Shown one piece after another: positions 44,174 to 53,181 of a stretch of DNA of 64,000 nt. This DNA is from an uncultured Armatimonadia bacterium (GTDB lineage Bacteria > Armatimonadota > Zipacnadia > CAVVLO01), in assembly GCA_963749155.1 (NCBI GenBank), contig CAVVLO010000005.1, forward strand, positions 480,001 to 544,000. Reading direction: 5' to 3'. The notes below the pieces were generated by a model. That model did no database searches, was not told where the DNA came from, and saw only the letters and a list, made by a program, of their open reading frames with translations. Position 1 is the stretch's first letter. Each line of letters begins with the position of its first letter. The position numbers and the translations under genes were made by a program.

Positions 44174-44773
44174 ATGCCAGAGGAGCATGAGTCAGGCCGT
44201 CTAAGGCTTCGCTTCGGGCCGGACGCCAGGTCGCACGACCGGGTACGCACAACCGTGCTTGCTGCGGCCGCGCTCGGATTGCTCGTGACCATAGGGTTGA
44301 CTGCACCCGAGTCTCTCTGGTGGAACAGGCCTACCGTAGTTCGGGAGGGCACTGACGGCTTGGTCCCTTACCTCTACCTTCTCGCGGCCATAGGCCTGCT
44401 AGAGGGCCTCTTCCTTTCGGACCCCGGTTGGGATCGAGGGTACTTCTCGGATGCGTGCTATCTGGCAGGCTGGGCCGTCGCGGTGGCAGTGGGGCTTCTG
44501 ATAGGTCCGCTGGGCGCCGGTGGGATGATGGCGGCTTTCCCCTTCCGGTTGGCCCGAACCAGGTGGGCGGGTATGAGGAGTTGGGTGTACTGGCTTTGGC
44601 AGACGCCGGTCCTTGGCCTCACGATAGTGTGGTGGTCTGGAATGTATCATCCCCTGACGCCTCACCTGTGGCAATATGTGGTACTCCCGTCGTTCTGCCT
44701 GGCCGTCCTGGCAGGCGCATACGTTGCATCGAAGAAGGAAGAGCCAACCGAACCGTCTGACAGGCAGGACTGA
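44174..44773 (+). CDS. Hypothetical membrane protein (about 5-6 TM)
   Basis: RBS GGAGG before MPEEHES; hydrophobic and Trp-rich. Confidence 0.55.
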   Translation: MPEEHESGRLRLRFGPDARSHDRVRTTVLAAAALGLLVTIGLTAPESLWWNRPTVVREGTDGLVPYLYLLAAIGLLEGLFLSDPGWDRGYFSDACYLAGWAVAVAVGLLIGPLGAGGMMAAFPFRLARTRWAGMRSWVYWLWQTPVLGLTIVWWSGMYHPLTPHLWQYVVLPSFCLAVLAGAYVASKKEEPTEPSDRQD

Positions 44774-44819
44774 AAGCCTGACATACGGTCAGTGCGAAGA
44801 CACCAGCCAATCTAGTGGC

Positions 44820-44846
44820 GTGTATCGGGAGCTTGTTCCCGATACC
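44820..44846. repeat. Family A palindrome, fourth copy
   Basis: GTGTATCGGGAGC-TT-GTTCCCGATACC, with a compensatory T-A to A-T swap relative to the 43991 unit. Confidence 0.65.
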
Positions 44847-44884
44847 TAAGGGCGCAAGGGTAAAACCCTTGCACCATCGAAGGC
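44846..44884 (+). repeat. Family B palindromic repeat, copy 1
   Basis: CTAAGGGCGCAAGGGTAAAACCCTTGCACCATCGAAGGC; one mismatch to 45534-45572. Confidence 0.8.
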
Positions 44885-44933
44885 CGGTATGGAAGAGATA
44901 CGACCGTGCAGGTTTCTGAGCAGGTGAGACACG

Positions 44934-45537
44934 ATGCACTGGCGCATGAAGTTATGGCGCTGGCTCACAGGGGGCGTGCTGGTAGCCGTGCTCGTGATTG
45001 GGTCTCTGGCGGGCTATGCGCCTGGCCAGGTGATCCCCTTCGCCGTGGGCCTCGCCGCTCTCTGGGGGTACGTGCTTGAGTGGCTGATCTTGTCCGACTG
45101 GTCGGCGAAGTCAAAACGCCCTGTCGAGACCTTTGTCGTGCGCCACGCTGCCCTGCGAGGTATCGCAATCGCGTGTCTGGTTATCGCCCTAACGGTAGAT
45201 TCTGGCCCGGCAGAAGCTTATCTCACGGGCGCTGGGCCGCTGTGGTTCATCACGGCGGTGTAGATTCTTCCAGCTAATGATCCTTCTGCGTGGACTGCCA
45301 CCGTTCCCCCCCGACACCGACACGTGGGCCAGCGTGTTCTTAAGGCTGCTCTTCTGGGCTTCCCTGACAGTCTTAGTTGCCTCGGGAGCGCTGTGGCTGT
45401 TGGGCATACTGGAGAAGGACGTCGGCGCGTGGTGTGTCGCCGTCAGCGCGTACATTACGTGGGGGTGTATGCTAGGCCTCGCCACCCTAAGGATACGCAT
45501 CGGGGCGCATGGCGAGGAGCCAGTCAGCCCGCGCTAA
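44934..45537 (+). CDS. Hypothetical membrane protein, probably one gene with a frameshift near 45260
   Basis: ORFs 44934-45263 and 45277-45537 join through an alternative frame (CRFFQLMILLRG); the stop TAA lies inside repeat B copy 2. Confidence 0.45.
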
Positions 45538-45629
45538 GGGCGCAAGGGTGAAACCCTTGCACCATCGAAGGCGTTTCGGCGCGCGCCACGAAGACTAGAG
45601 ACGATCGTGCAGGGGTTCCACCCCTGCAC
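45534..45629. repeat. Family B repeat copy 2 plus inverted diverged copy (REPIN-like doublet)
   Basis: 45534-45572 is a direct copy. 45602-45629 (CGATCGTGCAGGGGTTCCACCCCTGCAC) resembles its reverse complement and keeps the hairpin. Confidence 0.75.
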
Positions 45630-46204
45630 GGGCCGGACAGGAGTGTTTGTGCCGTGGAGAGCTTCTCTTACGAACTCTACACACCCAACCAGCGCGCAGC
45701 CGCGTGTGCGAGCGTGGTGGTTGTCGGTGCTGGGCAATGGCACCTACGCGCTTGCCGAGTTCCTCGGCTGGTGGCAGGCGCCGCGTGCCTTGCTCATCTT
45801 GGCCGGGATCGTCGGACCTGCTAGCCGTGCTGTCCGCATACTTCGTCATGCTTACCGCGACCGCTATCAGCTTTGATGGCGAGACACTGACGGTTCAATT
45901 GCCCTTCTGGACCTTGCGCTTCTTAGCGAGGGATATCGTCCGCGTCGCAGGCGACCTGGGCCGGTCTCAGAAGGGCACGCGGACCTTACCGGCTGACAGT
46001 CCTGAACAGCCAGGCGGGGCCTGATCCCGCCCTACTTCATCGTCGAGCCGAATCCCGGCTCGGGGTTCAACGAGGCTGCGCCCCGACGAACTGGCACGAC
46101 TGGTGACCGCCCTTGAGCAGATGGCAGAGGCCAACCAGAAACGCCCCATAAGGGGTGGGTCTCGGACCGGTCCAGCCTTACAACAGGAGAGGAACAACCT
46201 ATGA
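45607..46204 (+). pseudogene. Frameshifted gene for a 2-TM plus small beta-rich (PH-like) domain protein
   Basis: Fragments WWLSVLG...LLILAGIVG / LAVLSAYFVMLTATAISFDGETLTVQLPFWTLRF / DELARLVTALEQMA lie in different frames. Confidence 0.35.
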
Positions 46205-47487
46205 CCACCGATAACACCGAGCGCCTGGCTATCTCGTTCTGGATCTGGGCCCTGTGGGACACCGCGCCGAACGGGTTCTTCAACGATCTCGAGACCCGGA
46301 TGGCGGAGCTGGTCGAGCGCGGGTTCAACTGCGTGCGCCTCGAGAGCGGCGCAGGGCTGGCCCATGATGGGGAAGGCCGGCCGCGCGGCGCGCTTGACTA
46401 TCTTGAAGCCGTGCCCGGCCACTGCCAGGTCATCCGCCAGATGGAGCGGATGCGCGCAGGGCGCTGCGATGTGCTCAAACGCCTGATCGAGCTGTGCGCC
46501 GCCGCCAAGCGCCACCAGGTGAAGGTCATCCTCTCCAGTTGGTATTTCCTCCACACCTTCTGGTTCACCGACCGGGCCCTCACGGCGGAACTGCTGGGGC
46601 TGCCGGTGGAGCGGCGGTTTATGTATTTCGCCCAGGCGCTGGACTGGCTGCTCTCCGAGTTGAAACAGCGCGACCTGGCGGAGGTCATCGCCTTCGCAGA
46701 GATATTCAACGAGACGGACGGGCTGGAGTTCCTCGTAAATTATGTCGCCGAGAAGGGCCGGAGGTCGGCCTGCCGACCGCGCGCGCCTGGCACGAGGAGG
46801 CGCTGGCCTTCCTGAGGGGCCGCCATCCCGATATCCTGTTCGCGGTAGACACCTACACGCCTGGCACGACTGGGGAACTGCTACCGCGCAACGCGCAGGT
46901 GTGGAACTTCCACAGCTATTATCTCTGGAGCGTCTACGGGGTGTTCGAGAATCCCTATCTCTCGGGCGAGGTGGACCTGGACGATCCGGCAGGTTACGCA
47001 CCCATCCGGCGCTATCTGCAGCGGGAGGTCGTGCCCTTCAGCGCTGTTACAGGCAGTCGCGCGGGCCGCCCGCCAATAATGGACAACTGGTATCGGCGCA
47101 TCTGGCTCTATCGCAACCTCGAACCCAACACTATGCACGAGGTCGAGCAACTACTCAGAGCCAACCTCGAGCGCCATGTGGAGGACTACAAGCAAGCCGC
47201 CGAAGCAGGGCTGAAGCAGGCGCTGGCGCTGCGGGACGAGTATCTGCCCAGGGGTGCCGCTGGTGACGGGGGAGGGCGTGACCTACTGCGGGGACAACCG
47301 CCTGCGGTGGGAAGAGCGCTCTGATGCCTATTGGGAGATCGCCGAACACAGCGCGCGCCTCTACCGGGACGCGGGCCTGTGGGGGAGCGTTGCTCGCACC
47401 AACTCCGGCCCCGAGGACCCCGTGTGGTGGGAGTATCCCGAACGCCTCCAACGCGTAAACGCAGTGTTTCTGGGGAAGGCGGAGTAA
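46201..47487 (+). CDS. Cellulase-like (TIM-barrel, clan GH-A) family protein, frameshifts near 46758 and 47250
   Basis: RBS AGGAGAGG; AISFWIW, ERGFNCVRLE, VILSSW, AEIFNE (acid/base), PLVTGEG (nucleophile), PEDPVW. Confidence 0.65.
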
Positions 47488-47550
47488 CTCTGCATCTGTG
47501 CAACCTGCAGTATAATTATACAAGTATCAGTGGCGCCCAGGAGGAGGCCG

Positions 47551-48196
47551 GCAGGTGGTGGACAGCTCCCAGGCCGTCGAGAACAGCTACAGCTACGAGG
47601 CCTTCGGGCAGGCGACGGTCGGCCAGAGCGACGTGGCCAACCCTTACCTCTTCGTTGGCGGCTACGGGGTCCAGTGGGAGAGCACCCCGAGCCTCTACTT
47701 TATGCAGGCCAGGTACTACAGCCCGGGCGTCGGCCGGTTCATCTCCGAGGACCCGTACGGCGGCTCCCCGCAGGATCCGCTGAGCCTGCATCGGTATCTC
47801 TACTGCGCCAATGGGCCGGTGAGCAGGACTGATCCGACCGGTATGTGGGAGTGGATCAACCCGTTCAAGCATGTGACCTTCTGGGTGGAGTTGGTGCTCA
47901 GTGGCGGGGTCAGTGTGTTCGTGGGCGTGAAGCTCGGAGTCGTTGCTGCGATCATCTCTGGCGTGCTGGTCAGCGGTGTGGTCGCGATAGCGGGGTCCTT
48001 ACTGGTCTGCGTTGCAGAGGAGAATATGACCCGCGTCCGCGAGGACTGGGGGCAAGTGTGTAAGGGTTACCCCGAGGGCTGGAAGGCGAAATGCTGCGAC
48101 GCATACCACAAGAAGTGCATGGATGAGAACGTTTACAGCGATATAGCTTGCAATCAAGCACTTGCGAACTGCCTGTTGGCTTTCGCCGGCGACTGA
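47551..48196 (+). CDS. Orphan Rhs module 1: RHS-associated core end plus variable C-terminal domain
   Basis: YSYEAFG...NPYLFVG...LYFMQARYYSPGVGRFISEDP...LHRYLYCANGPVSRTDPTG, then a unique hydrophobic/Cys-rich tail. Confidence 0.85.
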
Positions 48197-48210
48197 TGGG
48201 GTGAACGCAA

Positions 48211-49392
48211 ATGCGATCTGCAAGCTGGCGGGTGGTACTAGGGCTTGTGATGACAGCGTGCCTGCTGGCGGGGTGCGGCCCTCTTCCTCGCGAGGCCTCC
48301 GACAAGCTGGGTCAGCTCGCGTGGTCGCCAGACGGAAGCTGCCTGGCGTTTGTTGGCTCGCGCACTGGTGGCATGGCCCGGGTCTACCTGATCGACACTG
48401 CCGCGCAGCCCGGCGCGGTTCGGCTCGCGCTGACGGCGTGGACGGTCAACGGGCCTGTCTCCTGGCGTCCGGACAGTAGCGAACTGGCGGTTGCTGGCTT
48501 CGATCTCGGTGTCCGCGACTGGGTGGGACGAGTCTGGGTGGTACCTGCAGAGCGTGGCCGCAAGGTGCGAAAAGTCGCGAAGGGGGCGCAGTTCTGGTTC
48601 CCAGAGTGGTCTCCGGATGGCACACGGCTCGCCTACACGGAAAGCCAGACAGCCTACGAGTGCGGCTTGTTGGTCTCGACCCTCGACGGGCACACCGAGA
48701 AGGTAGTGGAGGGCCCAGGGACTTGGCTTTTTCTGCAGTGGAGCCCTGACGGCAAGCACATCAGCTACCAGAGCGCCGCGAGTCGCACGCGCGCTGTCTC
48801 CCTGGGCATCACCCGCGGCCTCCATATCTGCTCTCCCGACGGTAGCGTCAGACCGCTCGTTGGTGCCTGGATGGACTTGGGGCCTGTGGTTAGGGCCGGA
48901 GGAACTGCTGGTCAGTGTCAGTGCGCCGGAACCGGGCAGCCCTCTTCCAACAGCCCGGGCCTCTGGTCGCTCAACCTGGCGACAGGCGCGAAGTCCCTGC
49001 TGCTGGCGCGCGACAAGCTGCCGCACGAGCTGAAGGGCGGCTCTCCCGTGCCTCGCTGGCACCGGGGTACACGCCAGTTGCTGTATTCGGGCACGGATGA
49101 GAAACCTGTAGCGAAGCCGCAAGCTGAACCCGCCCCGACCGCAGAGACGCCTCCCAGCCTTTCGCCAGGCGCTTCGACCCCGCCGGACTATACCTACCAT
49201 ATCTACCGAGCAGATCTCTCAGCGGGTCAGGTGCGGCAACTGACGAGCGGCCCCAACAGTGACACCGAGCCATGCTGGTCGCCGGATGGCAGTCGCATCG
49301 CCTTCGTGCGCAACAAGACGGAACTGTGGACGATGGCGAGCGATGGCTCGAACCAGCAGAAGCTGCTGTCCGTGGATGAGCTACCACTCTGA
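48211..49392 (+). CDS. TolB-like PD40 beta-propeller lipoprotein (putative immunity protein)
   Basis: Lipobox LLAGC; repeated WSPDG motifs; directly follows Rhs CT1. Confidence 0.8.
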   Translation: MRSASWRVVLGLVMTACLLAGCGPLPREASDKLGQLAWSPDGSCLAFVGSRTGGMARVYLIDTAAQPGAVRLALTAWTVNGPVSWRPDSSELAVAGFDLGVRDWVGRVWVVPAERGRKVRKVAKGAQFWFPEWSPDGTRLAYTESQTAYECGLLVSTLDGHTEKVVEGPGTWLFLQWSPDGKHISYQSAASRTRAVSLGITRGLHICSPDGSVRPLVGAWMDLGPVVRAGGTAGQCQCAGTGQPSSNSPGLWSLNLATGAKSLLLARDKLPHELKGGSPVPRWHRGTRQLLYSGTDEKPVAKPQAEPAPTAETPPSLSPGASTPPDYTYHIYRADLSAGQVRQLTSGPNSDTEPCWSPDGSRIAFVRNKTELWTMASDGSNQQKLLSVDELPL

Positions 49393-49395
49393 CGC

Positions 49396-50610
49396 ATCTA
49401 CGAGCTGACCGGCCAGACCAAGCGCAACTCGGGAAATGTAGTACAATATAGTTATAGCTACACTTACGACGACATCGGCAATCGGCTGACTCTTACCGAC
49501 CAGGGGAGCGCGGTGACGACCTCCACTTATAACGCGGGCGGGCAGTTGACGGGCACGGACGCCTCCGGGACGCTGACGACCTATACCTACGATGCCTCGG
49601 GCAATCTCGCCGCCGAGGTCACGAGCGCCGGGACGCGCTCCTACACCTGGGACTACGACGACAGGCTGACCGACATCGAGTACCCGGACTCTTCCGAGAC
49701 CAACTACACCTACAACTCCGCCGGGCAGCGGCTGACGAGGGTGGAGGGCGGGGCAACGACGAAGTTCGTCTACGATGGGGCGAAGGTAGTGCTGGAGCGC
49801 AACGGCGACGACGAGACCGCAGGTGCGCTACACCCACGAGGGCGGCTCGCTCTACAGCGACCTGCTCAGCCAGCGGCGCGATGGGGCCAGCTACGACTAC
49901 CTGCTCGATGGGCTGGCGAGCGTGAAACAGGTGGTAGATAGCTCCGAGGCCGTCGAGAACAGCTACTGCTACGAGGCCTTCGGGCAGCCGACGGTCGGCC
50001 AGAGCGACGTGGCCAACCCTTACCTCTTCGTTGGCGGGTACGGCGTCCAGTGGGAGAGCACCCCGAGCCTCTACTTTATGCAGGCCAGATACTACGGCCC
50101 GGCGTCGGCCGGTTTATCTCGGAGGATCCCTACGGCGGCTCCCCCCAGGATCCGCTGAGCTTGCATCGGTATCTCTACTGTGCGAACGGGCCGGTGAGAC
50201 ACGGTGATGCGAGTGGTATGTGGTGGGACTGGCTACGGCCGCTGGCGGACCGGAGTTCTGGTTCTGGGCCGTAGTGGATCGTGATCGTTGTTGTCTTTCT
50301 GGTTGTCAACGGGGCCACAATGCTGCTCATCACCGAGGGGTTAATCGTCAGCTCCTGCACCTAGCTCTCTTTACCACTTGGTGCACGTCTTGGCTAAGCT
50401 CCGTCATGAGGGAGAGTGCGATACGCGAGAACGAACAGAACGAGTAGGCCTGGGCCATCGCGGATGATAGCTGGCAGAGACGCTCCCGCGTGGACTGCGA
50501 GGAGCAGTGCCGCAGGGTGCTCTACCCAGTCCTCTGGCATTTGTTCGCGTATCTTCGTTGCAAGGACGGCTGCATAGACCCTAAGAACCGGAAGAGGATA
50601 GTGATGATAG
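49396..50610 (+). pseudogene. Orphan Rhs module 2 (YD repeats + core + degraded C-terminal domain)
   Basis: YTYDDIGNRLT, YTYDASGNL and WDYDDRL YD repeats; core ending HGDASG; several frameshifts and stops. Confidence 0.8.
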
Positions 50611-51809
50611 AGACCCATAGACGCCACTCGTCCGGGCCGGGACGGCCTCTGGACCGCGCTGCTTCTTCAGCAGCCGCTGGGTTTGGGCTTGTCGTCGTGG
50701 CGCTCCTAGTCAGATGTGTGTAGGCTGCCGTTCCAGTCACCAGGCGGAAGCGAGCGAGGTCGAGCCGGAAGCGGCCCCGGTGGATCTTCGAGATGGCCGC
50801 GTCGCCCGATGGTGCGCAACTGGCCGTCATCGTGTGGGACAGCGACGTCGACCCGATCACCTACACCTGGGCATCCCTCCTGGATCGTCTGCACCACGTA
50901 GGCGATGGCCAACCGGTTCGGCAGTCGAAGGGAGAGGCACCAAGTACTGGTGCCGCCCGACTGGTCGCCGGACGGGAGCCACCTGCTCTTCATCACGGTA
51001 AGGCTCAAGCCCCTGGCGCACAGCTGGTCTGCGAACTGGTATCGGTCGACGTTGCCTCTGGCGCAACTCGCGACTCTACTCTGCCCAAGGCTGGTGGCCG
51101 CGGGCGCTTTGGCTGCCAGGCGATGCCGGCGTTGTGTTCGAGGGCTGTTCGGACTGGCAGGCATCCGTCGCCGAGAGCCTCTTCTACTTGCTCGTCGGCA
51201 GCGAGATGCAGCGCCGAGGCGCCTCACGCCCAGCGACTATGGCGCGCACCTGCTCTCTGTAGCCCCCGCGCCGCTCGGCACTAGCTGGGCGCGCCTTCTA
51301 GTTGCCTTGCGCGACCCTTTCGTCGAGGGCGAGGGCTTCGAGCATAGTTACTGGGAGGTGGGTCCAGACGGAGCCGCGCGCCAGCTCTCGGATTGGCAAC
51401 TGGATTCACCGGGATACAGGTTTTCGCCGTCGGGCGACCTCTGGGCCTACGTCGTCCGCGGACCAGGCGATGACGCACCAGTCCTGCGCATCGGAAGGTG
51501 GGAGAGCAGAGCTCGATGACCACGGTGTCCTTGCCAGGCTGGGCCCCTAAGGTCAGTTGGGCGCTAGGCGGGGACGCCGTGCTGTGCTGTGGGGAGGACG
51601 GTGTCTGGGTCTACCGGCGCGCAAGAGAGGGAACTGCAGCCACTCTATCTGAGCGAGGCGGCGTTAGGTATTGGCGCCTCGACAAGTTCTCTGCCTGTTG
51701 GTTGGGCGGGAGCGCCGACTGCGCTGTGACCTGCGGCGGGCAGGTATGGGTCGTTCATCTTGCGGACGGGAGCAAGCGGCTCCTGTTCGATGCCAACGCC
51801 CGGGAGGCA
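50604..51809 (+). pseudogene. Second TolB/WD40-like beta-propeller, probably a lipoprotein; frameshifted, 3' end cut by Rhs module 3
   Basis: Hydrophobic signal ending in Cys; ASPDG, WSPDG, FSPSG repeats and VWVVHLADGSKRLL spread over several frames. Confidence 0.55.
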
Positions 51810-52643
51810 GTCGAGGGCGGGCACGACCAAGTTCGTCTACGACGGGGCGAAGGTAGTGCTGGAGCGCGACGGCGACGACGAGACCCAGGCGCGCTACACC
51901 CACGAGGGCGGCTCGCTCTACAGACGACCTCCTGAGCCAGCGACGCGATGGGGCCAGCTACGACTACCTGCTCGACGGGCTGGCGAGCGTGAAGCAGGTG
52001 GTGGACAGCTCCGAGGCCATCGAGAACAGCTACTCCTACGAGGCCTTCGGGCAAGCGACGGTCGGCCAGAGCGACGTGGCCAACCCTTACCTCTTCGTCG
52101 GCGGCTATGGCGTCCAGTGGGAGAGCACCCCGAGCCTCTACTTTATGCAGGCCAGATACTACAGCCCGAGCGTCGGCCGGTTCCTCTCGGAGGATCCCGA
52201 TCGGCGGCGCGCCGCAGGACCCGATGAGTCTGCATCGGTATCTGTACTGCGCCAATGGGCCGGTGAGCAGGACGGATGCCAGCGGTGCTCTGTTCGCGGC
52301 AGTCTGTTACTACATGAATCGGGAGGGTTCAAATGGCACCCGCGATGACAAACTCGCCTACTGTAAGTGCATGGCGGCTGACGCATTCTTTAACTGCATC
52401 CCCGGCGCTGTTGGGGGGTACATGGTGGGCTGGGGGATCCTACCTTTGATAATCGTCGCCGTTGGCGTCAAGCTGGCAAAACCCATCGTCTGTGGCGTGG
52501 GCATAGTCATCTGGATTATCGGTGCTCTACCATGCGGCCTCGGCCGGTGTTGGGACGAGCACCAGCAGAGGATCGCTGAGTGCGAACGGCTCTACGGGCC
52601 GCCACCGAAGCCGGGCCCGACGCGCTCTATGGGCACGAGATGA
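51810..52643 (+). pseudogene. Orphan Rhs module 3 (core end + hydrophobic Cys-rich C-terminal domain), frameshifted in the core
   Basis: Near-identical DNA to modules 1 and 2; ends YCANGPVSRTDASG, then a unique tail ALFAAVCYY...ECERLYG. Confidence 0.8.
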
Positions 52644-52644
52644 G

Positions 52645-53181
52645 ATGAGGCCAATGTCTGGCTTACCATACGGAGCCCTGCGGACACTCCGTGTCCGCCT
52701 CCCGTGGTGGGAGTGGTGTTGCTATCTGGTCGGGGCTGGTATATTCGTGGCACCGCTGCCAACCGTGGTGAGCTTCCTGCTCATAGGAGCACACTCGATG
52801 GGCGCTCTGGTCTTTCTGATGCTTTCCGCTGTCTTCTGCGAAACGGTTGCACGTAGTATCGCGGAGACCCTATGGGCTGTCGTTTGGACGTCGGACAGCG
52901 AGCTCGTATACAGGGACTGGCGCGGGCGCGAGTCCAGACATAACTGGGCCGAACTGGACGGCGTTCGCGTCACTCGTTTCCCGAGATGGTCGGGGGCTCC
53001 CACTGAAGTCGCATTGCTCATCCGCGGGACCGTCCTAAGACTGCCCAAATGGCTGGATGGCCCAGAAGAGTTCGTTGAAGAAGCCATTGCCAGAGCGGGG
53101 CTGAGTATGGTGACTCGGACCGGCTTGTCCACTAGGTACGAGCGGCCGGAGCTTGCGACTGATGCGCCCCGAGGCTCGTGA
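52645..53181 (+). CDS. 2-TM membrane protein with PH-like C-terminal domain (putative immunity protein)
   Basis: Starts 2 nt after the CT3 stop; two TM helices then VWTSDSELVYRDWRGRESRHNWAEL. Confidence 0.55.
   Translation: MRPMSGLPYGALRTLRVRLPWWEWCCYLVGAGIFVAPLPTVVSFLLIGAHSMGALVFLMLSAVFCETVARSIAETLWAVVWTSDSELVYRDWRGRESRHNWAELDGVRVTRFPRWSGAPTEVALLIRGTVLRLPKWLDGPEEFVEEAIARAGLSMVTRTGLSTRYERPELATDAPRGS

Noticed and set aside
43985..45629. CRISPR array or integron attC sites
   Set aside because: The units alternate in orientation, spacing is irregular, attC core boxes are absent, and no cas or intI gene is in the window.
46011..46035. Second GTAG REP-like palindrome on the minus strand
   Set aside because: The stem is imperfect and lies in a plausible coding stretch (LIPPYFIVEP), so it may be chance in GC-rich DNA.
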